This document shows positions 39,901-54,900 of a stretch of 64,000 bases of DNA, piece by piece. Below the pieces are notes generated by a model. It saw nothing but the letters and a program-made list of their open reading frames with translations, made no database searches and was not told where the DNA came from. The stretch's first letter is position 1. Every line of letters starts with the position of its first letter. Source of the stretch: Styela clava (Eukaryota); NCBI RefSeq assembly GCF_964204865.1, contig NC_135251.1, positions 9,176,001 to 9,240,000 of the forward strand, in the 5' to 3' direction. The position numbers and the translations under genes were made by a program.

Positions 39901-42900
39901 TTTTAACCCTGCCATATTTAGATTTGTTCCCATTGTGTTTCGTAGACGTTATCAAATAATAAAAAAAATTAATCGTTGATAATAATAATACGGTATCAGT
40001 ATATATGTAAAGCAACCATAAAGAATTCAAACGTATTATACCCAATTTTATATTTTTATATACACCAGAATGAGAGCCAATTCAAGATGTTTACGAGGGT
40101 TTCATTCATGCCTTACCTTGTTCGTTGATATGAAACGCTTATATATATTATTAGCAATACCGAAGGCTACCCCCGTCAACGTGCATTGACGACGAAGGAA
40201 GTGGAGCAATCTGTATATTATACGATATGATACGAGTAAAAACAATAATAGCAAACTTGAATAAACAGCTAATTCAATTCTAGCATTCATCGACCATTGA
40301 ATAAAATAATTATCGAATAATCAAATCACCGATCCCTTTTTAAAAATTTAAATAAATATTAATTACTTCATAGCAGAGTTGCTGACGAATAGACCCACAA
40401 GCTGCTTTGTTGCTACTTATTGTGGCCTGTTATACTCGTATTATAATTATACGCATTTTGATGTCTATTGTGTTAATAATACCAAATTGTAAGTCACCCA
40501 ACGCGCCAATCATGACAAATATTTCCCTAAATATAATTTGGAATTACTCAGCAGCGGTTGTAGCTGTAGGGTATCGCTTTGTTGGGAATTCACACAAGAA
40601 TACGTTTGTATTCTTGAAAATAATTATTCAAAACCAGAACTTAATCCTTCTTTGGGCCTGTGTTTACTGACTAACAAATATTCTATTCACTAATTACCTG
40701 GTATTGCATCACAAATGAGAGCGATATTCAACGAGATTACACCGCAGCATCATTTCGCGGTAAAGAACAAATCATACGTCTCTAAAAATCTACGAGTAAA
40801 AGTGGCCCTAATGTTTGGTGAGTAATTTGATATTGAAAATGACAATCAAAATCGGAGTAGTTATTGCATAATTGATGGTAGAGTTGCCGTCATATTGCGT
40901 GTTTGATAAGTGTGATATAAATTTCCCCGACGGCGTCTTGGCGACGAGTAATCACAAATTTCGATGTCCCCGTTTTGATACGTCGCCCAAACCCGTTGTT
41001 GAATCTTGCGGGTGGCAAAAACAATAAGTACACTTGTTTTAGCCCACACCACCCCCTCAAAGCACGTCGTAACGCTACTCAACTTTTTGATTTTTTTAAT
41101 ACGTTTATATTTGATGGTTTTGAAAGTTAATCTAAATTGGATGAATTATTATCAGTAGCAAACCTTTAGACCACGGCATTGTTTTGAGACAAAATTACTA
41201 TCAGGAATGAGTTTATCATTTTTGAGATTATTTTTTCCACAAATTAAATAAGAAGACAAAATTTATTGTATTTTCATTTCATCATAAGTGAGTGCAATTA
41301 GAGTTTCAAAGATTTTGCGCAGAACATCAATTATTCTTCGCAAAAAAGTTTTCTCTTTTGAGAAGTGACGTAATTCCGGACATTGTTCCAAGCCATTGTA
41401 TGGAATCACCAAAACTCTAAATTTGTGACTTAGAGCCCTTAATTCCTTTTAAATATTTTTCACGACTCCCTAGTTCTAGCATTGTGCATCTAGGTACCAC
41501 CATTAACATATACAGTGTCTCGTACTAAGGAATTTCAGAATCATGAAACTTTACAAAATCTACTCGTTTATATATAATTGTGACGCAACTACCGCCTCTC
41601 GTCGAACACTGGTTGTAGCTTCAATATCACCAACCTATATTTCTCCATATTGTTTGCCAACAATGGCTGTTATTGACTATAGAGCGGGGGTTCTCAAACG
41701 GAGACCGGTGGCCCCTAAAGGGGGCCACGAAGCAGTTCAAGGGGGGCTTCGGCACAAGGCTAGTCCCGTTCAGGCGTTCACCGCAGTTTTATTACCTGAA
41801 TAGATTATTTGTGATCACAGGGTGTATTCTGTTTCTGAATTGTTTGATCATAAGGGAATACCAATCAAAATAGTTCACGGGTAGGCAGTCTAACCTGCAG
41901 ATGGACGATTTCGCTAGACTGCGAGACAATCTTCAGAATCGTATTATAGACGCACAAATCCAAATGTAAAGTCCTAATGCCCAAAATACGAAAATGAAAC
42001 TACGGTTATGTTGATTTTAAATAAGTAAATCGAGATGAGAGAGAATTACTTGCATTGCTCGTATGTAATGAGCAATGAATCATTACGTCCATCTAAACTC
42101 CAAAACCACCGCGACAAACATCGCCCCCAGCAGGTAGAAGGCATTGACATCAGTTTCATGGTTGTCAAGCGAGTTAGATTTAGAGGAAACTAGATCCAGA
42201 AACCGTCTTGATGTTGACAGAGAAATTTGTCAGGCTATATCAAAGGGGGTGCCTAATATAAGAAACGTCGTCAGTTGGTCCCAAGTGCAAGATTTCCAAT
42301 GATTATATTTTTAAAAAGCTTCAACTCTTTTTGTCTGTAGTACTATTCAACACGTGTATTTTTTGGAATGGCGAACGGGGGCCACGAGTGCAAAAAGGTT
42401 GGGAACCACTGCCTTGTTCAAAGCATAAGCGAGGATAAGTCGTATAAAAATAGTTCATTCACCACTCACATGCTTGAACAAAGCTCCTTGAATTTGTCTT
42501 TAGCCATCTTTTGAAATTTTGAGTTTTCTGCTTGTAGATTATCGCAGCTTGCACCATTGATTAAAAGCTAAATTATTTTATAATGAATGAAACAGTGTGA
42601 TTCATAACTATTACTTGTTGTCGCACTTTATTTCAGCAAACGAACCTTGTACAAGAGAACATGGCGAAACAACATAGCTCTCAAAAAGGTATTGTAAAAA
42701 TAATTGCTGTTTTTTTTATATTTTACTGTTGCCATGTAACAATATTTAGGTCTGTAAAATACTACAGATTCATTATTTTTCCATTTCTCTAAAAAAACAA
42801 TTTACAATAAATATTTTTAGAAATTATCGTCTAATTTTTCAAATGTCTTTGATTAAACACATGTTGAAACTCAATGAGTCAAGAGGAGGGCAGCTTTGTT

Positions 42901-45900
42901 AAAAAGTAAATAGTAAACAGCCAAGAAGTTAAATGACTGAATTTATACTTTCGTATTGATATGGATTACCTTGTTCATTTCCGTTTCATAAATATCTAAT
43001 GCTTCCTGAACAAATTGACCAGATATCATTGTCTGCAAATAAATAAACAATGTTTATTCACTATTTTTGTTTGTTTTTGAAAATCCTGATCGAAAAAATA
43101 TACGATGACAGAAATAAGGGAGTATGCCATTGTTTGTAACAAAATTTCAATTGTTACTTTGCAAAATTATCGAATATGTACTGAACTAATTGTTGAATGT
43201 GAATTTTAATCCTTGGAGGAACACAAGTATTTTTTCTATCTGCATAAAAATATGATCTCATATTCTCGAGACAATGAGATCATTGATATTCCTGCGAAAT
43301 CTATGCCATTCCAATTTATTTTACAATATATGTACAATACATTTGACCTTAATTACTGCGCCGATGGTATAAACCGGCAATAATATTAATCTTGCTCAAC
43401 TAAAATTTATCTTATCAAAAACGAAACGAACCAGTTCTTGATTGGTCAAAAATATACCATCTTGCCAAAAAAGTAATAAATAAAGATAAGGATTTATCTA
43501 CAAAACGGAGAAATCCCAAACGCCTTTAAATAGATAACTTAACCCATAGTGAAGGAGAAAAAAGGAGACGAAACAACACGCAACAATAATATAATGATAT
43601 TGATTGATAAAAAATGAGCTAGATGTATGACATCGTTCAATGAAGGATGTGCCATGGTTGTTTGCTACAAATTTTAGTAAGTGTGTACTAGTGTATTCTT
43701 AGTGTATCAGATTTCACTCAATGAATGAATTTTTGAAATTGTAAATTTCCTACCTCCCTCATTTCTTGCAAATGTATGTTATTGTCATTGCTCTGCTTGT
43801 AAATGCTATTGAATCTCTCTTCCATTTTATTATTCAATTTTTGTCTGTACTCTTGCACATTCTCAGATGGAAGACTTGGATTTCTGAAACAGTATTTAAA
43901 GAGCCCGAATGTTACTAATACTAATAATAAATATATTATTGATTGATTATAATTAGTTTTTGAACCCTCAATTGGCAACAATAACCCTCGAGTTGAAGGT
44001 TGTTTTCTACAAATTTTTAGGTATTAGATCGCATATCTAAATTACGAGTGGAGACGTGCCCTATAGCATCCTATCGTTGAATACGCTGAATAGAACTTTA
44101 GCATACGATTTTATAAATCTATGAGTGATTTTTTTGAGCTTATTGGTTGACGATGAAAAACTAATTTTAAAGTGACAATACAGAATTGAATGAGTAAACT
44201 CGGCTTTGTAGAGTTCAGAATATAACATCACAAATTAAGCCATTGAAATATCTCAAAATATCATTTACTGGCAGTGGTAACTTTATCGGAATGACTTAAT
44301 TAAAAACATTCTTCAATTTTTTTTCATTTTTTTGCCCCAAATTTCCTTGCATTCTGTAGAAAATAGCATACGTCATCTACACCTATTTAATCTCACATAT
44401 TCGCAATTAATCCATTGAAGTCTTTTGCAGCTTTTTCTCTGTATTCGTTATGTTTTTGGATGAAATCATTATTTTTCTCCCATTTATCATCTGAAGTAAT
44501 CTGAGATGAAATCATAGGTAAAAGTTTATGGAAAAATTCAAATAACAATCATTTATTAAAAAAAATGTGTTGACACTTACTTGGAAAAGTTTTTTATCAA
44601 ATGAATTGAATAACAACTACAAACAAACACTATCGAAATTTTTTACTCAATACAATTTCATCTATTGCATTATTATTTTGCCAATATCAAGATTCGGATT
44701 CTATTAATAGAACCAAAATCAACATTTTTGGGGCCTAGAACAGTACACTTAGTGGCCAATTAAATCTTTCTCTCAATATCTAGGTCCTCGCATCTGGAAC
44801 ATATACATTGTTAGCAATTACTGAAATGAACAGGACAGCTAGCGGGGGTAAAGAGCGCGACAGTGAGATTTTAAATTTACAGTATAAGGCAGATATTATG
44901 TTGAATAATACGACTACAGTTCTGTCTTTGACTTTTTCCGAAATTAAACTATTATAACTGGTCTTGATCTTTGTTTAAATTACCTGTCTCATCAGTTGAT
45001 CATATTCATTCACTGCATTTTCAACGTGTTGTTCATATTTCAATCCTAAATCTCTCTGAAAAAAATTAAATAGGTCATTATTAAGTTTTACTTCTAAAAA
45101 ACCGGTTATATCGGATTTCGATCTGTCAACAACAAAAATATAAATACAACGAGAGGATTGAAATTGCATCCGGGCATGTAACAATTAATTTTGGCTCAAT
45201 TTTACTTTATGTTTATCACCCTATTGTCGATAATATCTGCATTACTACTAGAGCTGGGAAAAATACTCGAATAACGAATAAAAACTCGAATAACGGATAG
45301 CAAATCGAATATTAAAATATTCGAATATCCGGTACTACATGACCTGCGCCGCTTTTCTTGGACACGAACTCGCGCGTTTATAAATCAGTCGTGAATTGCA
45401 AGAATTCATCTAGCGTTCACTGACAGACCAAAACAGACACATATGAGAAGTCGTTGTCTTTGCGTTATGGAGTTTTTTTATTTTATTTTACGTATAACGT
45501 ATCGTTTCATTCCCTATTTTGCAAAAAACGTACCGAAAATTCCGTAAGTTAAGAAGCGTAAAACCAGATGAGGTATTTTAATCAAATTTACTAGATTTCA
45601 AACCTCCTATGCCCGGTGATATGTAATTAACCGTTTCTTGCATGACCGGGACATTAAATTTATTAAATTGGGATTTAAAATGACGTTTCGAGAGATTATA
45701 CATTGGAAAAGGCGATTTTATGTCATCAGAAAATCAGAGTTATATAAATAGCATCGATTTCAAAATGACCAGACAAGGTTTTTTTTTTTAAAAGCTGGTA
45801 TTAGTTACATGAGTGTGAAAAACACTTATTGAGTTGTAACCGGATAAGAAAAGACAAACCATGCTCCCTTCAATGTACTTTCTATCAGCTCTGCAAAGGT

Positions 45901-48900
45901 CCTTCCATCCTTGAACAAGTAATGTTTCGATATTTCGAAAATGTGAACATCTTACTCAACCATGCATGGTTGGTGGAGTGTTAAAATTGTAAACAAGAGC
46001 AGAACGTAAAACAATTACGTTGTAACAACGTACACTGGCACATTTACGAAATGTCGCATCTATTTTTATTGAATATGATTGCATTCGTTGTATTTTAAAG
46101 CATTATAGTGGTGTCAGCCGTGACATTATCAATATCGTCAAGTGAAGTATGAAATTTGCAAACTCTTTAAACAAAATTATGAATTACTCCGTAATGATTT
46201 TAGCTATAATAACCGTTGGGGTATTGTTTTGTTGAAAAAAGAATGTTAAAACTTGAGGGAATTATTTATACATACCGTATGACCCATGAAATGTATCTGT
46301 AAAAACCAAAATGAATTTCCTAATTTTCAATACCTTGTTGTTTTCATTCACACGCTTTACATTTTCTGTAAAGTACTGTTCCATGTTTGTAGACAATTTT
46401 TCACGAGTATTTTTCACTGTAGCATAATCATCATATTTCGCTATTTCTGTATCATACTCTTCCAAGCATTTTTCGTACTCGGTCTTTCGAAGACTTTCAA
46501 TGTCCATGCAGTATTCGTCTCCATACTAAAAAATGTGTGATAAATGTTATATATCTTCGTTAAACATATTAATTTGAAGATTTAGAGATGTCCCTGCGCT
46601 TGTGAGTTGATCATTATATTTTTATTTGCAGCACTAAGCATAACACTTACCTGGGAAAACGCTTCTTGAAACTTGGTCATAACTTCACTCGCTTCTTGAT
46701 TAATTCCCAGTTTATCCATATGCTGAAAAATATTAGGACATTCATGTTAAAATCGACACCGATAGTAAAAGTGCCCCCCGTGCGGTTGAATTGGGTAATT
46801 ATGTTGATTCAATTTTATTCACTATTTTTTTTGAGGGGGGGGGGGGGTTTCTAAATGAGGATTTTTGATGACAGAGGTACGGGAGTATGCCATCGTTATA
46901 GTTACCCGTCTAACCTCACAAATATAATAATGATATATGAGATCGTTCAATGAATGATGTGCCATTCAATATTGATTGTTTGCTACAAAATTATGATACA
47001 CAACAAGTGTATTTCTTCAAATTTTACTCAATGAATAAATTTTTAAATTAAAAATGTTCTACCTCTTTCACTTCTTGTAAATGTATGTTATTGTCATTGC
47101 TCTGCTTGTGAATGCTATTGAATCTCTCTTCCATTTTTTTATCCAATTTTTGTCTGTACTCTTGCACATCCTCGTGTGGCAGACTTGGACTTCTGAAACA
47201 GTATTTAAAGAGCCCGAATGTTACTAATACAAATAATAAATATAATATTGATGAATTATAATTAGTCTTTAACCCTTTTTTGGCAACAATAACACTTGAG
47301 TAAAAGGTTGTTTTCTACAAATTTTAGGGCATTGGGTCGCATATCTAAATTAAGAGTGGAGACGTGCCCTTTAGCATCACCTCGTTGAATACGCTGAATG
47401 GAACTTTAGCATACGATTTTATAAAGCTATGAGTGACGTTTTAGGGCTTATTGGTTGACAATGAAAAACTAATTGTAAAGTGACAATACGAAATTGAATT
47501 AGTACACTCGGCTTTGTAGAGTTCAAAACATAACATCACAAATTAAACATCTGGAATATCTCGCCCATTTACTGCCAGCGGCAACTATATCGGGATGACT
47601 AATTTAAAAACATTTTTCTATTTTTTATTTTTATGACCAAAATATTCTTGCATTCTGCTAAAAATACTATATGTGTCTACATCCATTCAATCTTACATAT
47701 TCGCAATTAATCTATTGAAGTCTTCCGCAGCTTTTTCTCTGTATTCGTTATGTTTTTGAATGAAATCAATATTTTTCTCCCATTTACCATCTGAAGTAAT
47801 CTAAAATAAAATCATATGTAATAATTTATCGAAAAATTCAAATAAAAATCATTTATTAAAAAAAATGTGTTGACACTTACTTGGAAAAGTTTAATGAAAA
47901 AAACCTAAAGAATCCAATGAATTGAATAACGAACAAAGAGAATAACAACTACAAACAAAAACTCTCGAAATTTTTTTATTCAATACAATTTCATCTATTG
48001 AAATATTATTTTGCCAATATCAAAATTCAGATTCTATTAATAGAACCAAACTCAACATTTTTGGGGCCTATAGAACAGTTCACTTAGTGACCAATTAAAT
48101 CTTTCTTTCAATATCTAGGTCCTCGCATCTGGAACAAATACATTGTTAGCAATTACTGAAATGAACGGGACAGCTAGCGGGGGTAAAGGGCGCGACAGTG
48201 AGATTTTAAATTTACAGTTTAATGCAGATATTATGTTGAATAATACGATTACAGTTCTGTCTTTGCCTTTTTCCGAAATTAAACTATCATAACTGGTTTT
48301 GATTTTTGTTTAAATTACCTGTCTCATCATTTGATCATATTCATCCACTGCATTTTCAACGTGTTGTTCATATTTCAATCCTAAATCTCTCTGAAAAAAA
48401 TTGAATAGGTCATTATTCGATTTTACTTCTGATAAACCGGTTATATCGGACTTCGATCTGTCAACAAAAAAATATATAAAAAATACAACGAGAAGATTGA
48501 AATTGCATCCGGGCTTATCACAATTAATTTTGGCTCAATTTTACTTTATGTTTATCACCCTATGGTCGATAATATCTGCATTCACTCGGTAAATTTTATT
48601 GTCATTTTAGGGGTAAAAAATTAAAGAATCGTGTCGGTAAACCGATTCACCGACTAAAGTCGGTAATATTCACCGATATTGGAGGCGTGGCGTTAGTCGA
48701 TGTTGCGCGCGAACTATGGTAAAGGAGAGCAGCCAATCAGACGATACATTTCAAACGAGGAAATTATTACGCGCGATTTTTTGTTGCTTTACTCCAGTGT
48801 TTCCCAACCCGAGTCCGCGGTCTCAAATGAGTCCGCGGAGCGTTTGAATGAGTCCGCAACGAACCAGAAATTCAGCCACTTTGCGATTTACGTTAGAATG

Positions 48901-51900
48901 TACACAAAACATAAAAAGTCATGTGTATATCCGCGGGTTCAATCTATATGCGGTCGCTAAAACCCATGGGTTAGGGTTCAAATATTCGTAAAACAAAACA
49001 TAAAAAATTCCATAGGTGCAATAGTATACAAGTGCAATTGTCGTGGGTTCAAATGTACGTGGGTTTAAATGTAATAGAACCGGATTTCACAACTCACTTG
49101 TGGATTTTCGACGAAAACACGTCAATGGTGGCAACCCAAATTTCCTAAATTGAAAAGCGGCAATACAAAATACTAAGAATAAAACGAAGAACACGATAAG
49201 TTTTGTTTTATGATGGTCCGCGACCGATTAAAAACGCTTTTTCGACATTGCAAATCGCAAAATTTTGGCTGCTACCGTACCAGGGCAATTTCCCTTAGGA
49301 TTATTTGCTTTACTGCCTCCACATTGGTACGTACAGTACTGGCGTAGGTGTTGTACGAACAGCTCAGATTTGACAAATTCACAAAAATACGAATCAAAAC
49401 AAAATATAATCGGGCACTTTACCACGCATTTTGGTGTTCACGGATTGTCATCATATTTTCTGAGTAGTATTGCTTTCATTTCGTCAACACAACCGCAGAT
49501 TAAAATGATCACAATAAAATTAATAATAAACCATGGCGATTAATATGTATTTTTGATTTAATAATATACCTCAAATATATTTTTAATAAGTACTAAATCA
49601 AGTTGTACTTTCTAAAAATTTATATATATATAGCAGATAGTAGGATTTTTCTAACGGTTATAACAAATTCGCAAGATCGCAAAAAATATGTATCAAAACT
49701 AAGTATATATAATCGAACAATATATTCTCACATTATTATGTTCACAGATTGCCATTGAATTTTTTTTATTTTAGAGAAGTAATGCTTTCATCTTGTCGTA
49801 ATTCAACGCAACCGCGAATTATCATGAACACAATTAAGTTAAAATAGGAATACATCTTAAATTCTCGTCGTTGTCATGAATCGAATATTGTGCGACAGAA
49901 AAGGCCATTGTTGAAATTCGTTAAAATTCTGTTGTGTTCGGTTTTATTGCCTGTTCACACAGAGTATACGGTTGCAATAAACGCACCTTGAGTCCGCAGA
50001 GGGTTTCGCCGGTGAGAAAATAGTCCGCGACCAAAAAAGGTTGGGAAACGCTGCTTTACTCCATAATTTGTCCGTTCGATTGACGAATACCAGACTATTG
50101 AACTTTGATATGACGATATTTACGTCAGTCGACAGCAGTTATACCTTAGTTGCCTTTGTTATTACTGAATTGGCAGTATTTCTGTAAGGCAATGCAGCTT
50201 GGAGTCAATAATGTCAGTGTAGGAGATGTGTTGTTTAGCGTTGAATATTGTATTGTATTGAATATTGTATTGTTTAGTGTGATTGTAGTAGGGCATGATC
50301 TACCGTACCAATTAATATATTCTGCTTTAAAGCTATACCAGTCCAGCAGTCTGCCAGTATAGCAGTACAAGTTTGGTTAGACCATCGTACGACGTACGTA
50401 CTGACGTAAGTAGGCTACATCCATGTTACACTGTTATGTCTATGGATACATAACACAGCATAAACTTGATTCGTATTTCCAGCAATTCTCGATTTTTGTC
50501 ATTACTGCAGTACACTGACAAATGCCAGAATGCAGAAATATAAATACAGTATTCCCTCGCTCAGTCTATACAGATCTAGGCTTTCTGGATTTTTTTGGTA
50601 TCTAATTACGGAATTAAGATCAACAGACGCTTCGTGTCGATCGCAGATCTACGGGGAACAAGAGACTAGGAAAAGGGGTGATGTTAAACCATTAATCTGT
50701 TACTGCATTGCAGCATTAATGGACTGTAGCTTGAAGAATATGGCTTTGAAATATACAGGTATCAATTAATTATATGCCTATATATTTATTTACTGATTAG
50801 ATTTATATACAGAATTTGAGCATATTTTATATTACATATTTAAAAATTGTTTCAAGCTTTATTGGAAGTAATTAGATATTCCGATATTTGATTTAGGCCC
50901 GCCCAATTTACTGGTACATACATGCTTTGAGTTTGTAAAATTAGAAATGCACATAAATTACTCATTATACAAGTATAATAAAGTTTGGGTATGTATACAT
51001 TTCCAACAACAGTGGTTTCCCTTTAGAAAACTGAAGAATCTAATTAGGAAGGCATGAACAAATTGTCTGCCACAGCACTTGACTATGGGAAACTCCAGGC
51101 TTAGGCTTCAAAAAATTTGACATTATTGGATTTACTAACATGTTATTTCAAGGAAAAAGAAATATTTGAGGTTGGGTATAATGTTAATTCTAAATTGCAA
51201 AAAGAGATACTTTGTCATCTGCTTTGGGAATATGTATTTGGGGTGTAATTTCAGGGAGTATTAAATGTTTGATTTCTTTTGAATATAATTCCAGATACCG
51301 CTTCCATCTGATCTACAAAGTTATGCAATTTACTGGAAAACTCTGTATCGATTGATTGGCCTTTGATTTTTGGCAACTGAAGGAGAAAAACAAATATGAA
51401 AGTTTACAGAAAGGTTGGATATTGTAATGAATGCTAGTACTCGTTATTGAATATTTTCAGAAGTTGCAAAAAGACTGGATTGGTTGATTGAATACTAAAA
51501 AATGTTGAATTTTATTCGCAAATCGAATAGTATTTTCAAATTTTGCCTTTTTTATTGAAACTTCTTGTACATTCCATTTCAGATAACTTGAAGATATGAA
51601 AAAGAAAATGCCATGATTTTGTGAAAGCAATGGAATAGTGCAATACATTCAGCACGGACAACACTAACCCGAAAAAACTCCTCTTCTGCGAAAACCATTC
51701 TCTTCTTGGATTTCAGGGGCTGTCAATAGAAACTTGTTTGAAGTGGCTATGTAAATGGACACCCTGCAAGCAAAAACTTCTAAACGAGAAGTTCCTGCCT
51801 ACCTCGCGTTTCTATAGTTTCACTATACAATTTTCCATATTCTATCATTTTTCAAACTTTTATCATTCATTTCACGTTCAGATTTATTTTATAAATAAAT

Positions 51901-54900
51901 CTTGTTACCTATAAAATAGTCTGTGATTTTACTGTTCTTGTCCTGTAAAGTGTAAAAAAGCCAGGATATTTACGGTAATTTTTACCAGGTTCTGAATATA
52001 AATTCACCGAATTTGAAATGTAAATTCACAGGTTAGCGCCGGTAAATATTACTGCGTATTGCCGGTGAAAATTACCGGAAAAAAATGTAAGAATTACTAG
52101 GTGTACCCTGTAAAATTCACAGATGATCTACAGCATTTTTACCGAAAATTCGAGTAATTTTTACCCTAAAATCATATTAAAATTTCACAACTATATTCCT
52201 GAATATATAATGCAAGGCGATTGCCGGTAAATATTTCTTAGAGTGCTGGCAAAATTACTCGAATAACGAATAGCAACTCGAATAACGGATAGCAAATCGA
52301 ATATAAAAATATTCGAATATCCGGTATTACATGACCTGCGCCGTTTTCTTGGACACGAACTCGCGCGTCTTTGAATCAGTCGTGAATTGCAAGAATTCAC
52401 CCAGCGTTCGCTGCCAGACCAAAACAGACACATATGAGAAGTCGTTGTCTTTGCGTTATGGGTTTTTATTTTTTTATTTTACGTATAACTTATCGTTTCA
52501 TTCCGTATTTTGCAAAAAAACGAACCGAACATTCCGTGAATTAAGAAGCGTAAAACCAGATGAGTTATTTTAATTAAATTTACTGGATTTCAAACCTCCT
52601 ATGCCCGGTGATATGTAATTAACCGTTTCTTGCATGACCGGAACATTAAATTTATTAAATTGGGATTTAAAATGACGTTTTGATCGATTATACATTGGAA
52701 AAGGCGATTTTATATCATCAGAAAATTAGAGTTATATAAATAGCATCGATTTCAAAATGACCAGTCAAAGTTTTTTCAAAAGCTGGTATTAGTTACATGA
52801 GTGTGAAAAACACTTATTGAGTTGTAACCGGATAGGAAATGACAAGCCATGCTCCCTTCAATGTACTTTCTATAAGCTCTGCAAAGGTCCTTCCATCCTT
52901 GACCAAGAAATGTTTCGATATTTCGAAAATGTGAACATCTTACTCAACCATGCATGGTTGAGTGGGAGTGTTAAAATTGTAAACAAGAGCAGAACGTAAA
53001 ACAATTACGTTGTAATAACGTATACACTGGCTCATTTACGAAATGTCGCACCTATTTTTATTGAATATGATTGCATTCGTTGTATTTTAAAGCATTATAG
53101 TAGTGTCAGCCGTGACTTTATCAACATCGTCAAGAGAAGTATGAAATTTGCAAACTCTTTAAACAAAATTGTGAATTACTCGGTAATGATTTTAGCTATA
53201 ATAACCGTTGGGGTATTGTTTTGTTGAAAATGTATCTGTAAAAACCAAAATGAATTTCCTAATTTTCAATACCTTGTTGTTTTCATTCACACGCTTTACA
53301 TTTTCTGTAAAGTACTGTTCCATGTTTGTAGACAATTTTTCACGAGTATTTTTCACTGTAGCATAATCATCATATTTCGCTATTTCTGTATCATACTCTT
53401 CCAAGCATTTTTCGTACTCGCTCTTTCGAAGACTTTCAATGTCCATGCAGTATTCGTCTCCATACTAAAAAAGTGTGATAAATGTTATATATCTTCGTTA
53501 AACCTATTAACTTGAGGATTTAGAGATGTCCCTGCGCTTGTGAGTTAATCATTATATTTTTATTTGCAGCACTAAGCATAACACTTACCTGAGAAAACGC
53601 TTCTTGAAACTTGGTCATAACTTGACTCGCTTCTTGATTAATTCCAAGTTTATCCATTTGCTGGAAAATATTAGGACATTCATGTTAAAATCGACACCGT
53701 TAGTAAAAGTGCCCCTATGCGGTTGAATTGTGTAATTATGTTGATTCATTTTTTTTCACTATTTTTTTTTTTTTTTAAATCCTAAATGAGGATTTTTGAT
53801 GACAGAGGTACAGGAGTATGCCATTGTTATAGTTACCCGTCTTACGTCACGAATATAATAATGATATATGACATCGTTCAATGAATGATGTGCCATTCAA
53901 TATTGATTGTTTGCAACAAAATTATGATACACAACTAATGAATTTCTTCAAATTTAACTCAATGAATAAATTTTTAAATTAAAAATGTTCTACCTCCTTC
54001 ACTTCTTGTAAATGTATGTTATTGTCATTGCTTTGCTTGTGAATGCTATTGAATCTCTCTTCCATTTTATTATCCAATTTTTGTCTGTACTCTTGCACAT
54101 CCTCAGATGGAAGACTTGGACTTCTGAAACAGTATTTAAAGAGCCCGAATGTTACTAATACTAATAATAAATATAATATTGATTGATTATAATTAGTCTT
54201 TAACCCTTTATTGGCAACAATAACACTTGAGTAAAAGGTTGTTTTCTACAAATTTTAGGGCATTAGGTCGCATATCTAAATTAGGAGTGGAGACGTGCCC
54301 TTTAGCATCACCTCGTTGAATACGCTGAATGGAACTTTAGCATACGATTTTATAAAGCTATGAGTGACGTTTTAGGGCTTATTGGTTGACGATGAAAAAC
54401 TAATTGTAAAGTGACAATACGAAATTGAATTAGTACACTCGGCTTTGTAGAGTTCAAAACATAACATCACAAATTAAACATCTGGAATATCTCGCCCATT
54501 TACTGCCAGCGGCAACTATATCGGGATGACTAATTTAAAAACATTTTTCTATTTTTTATTTTTATGACCAAAATATTCTTGCATTCTGCTAAAAATACTA
54601 TATGTTGTCTACATCCATTTAATCTCACAAATTTGTAATTAATCTATTGAAGTCCTCCGCAGCTTTTTTTCTGTATTCGTCATGTTTTTGAATGAAATCA
54701 ATATTTTTCCCCCATTTACCATCTGAAGTAATCTAAAATAAAATCACATGTAATAGTTTATTAAAAAGTTCAAATAAGAATCATTTATTGTAAAAGATGA
54801 GTTGACACTTACTTGGAAAAGTTTTTTTTATGAATATTTGAATAACGAACGACCCGAATAACAACTACAAACAAACTCTATCGAAACTTTTATCTCAATA

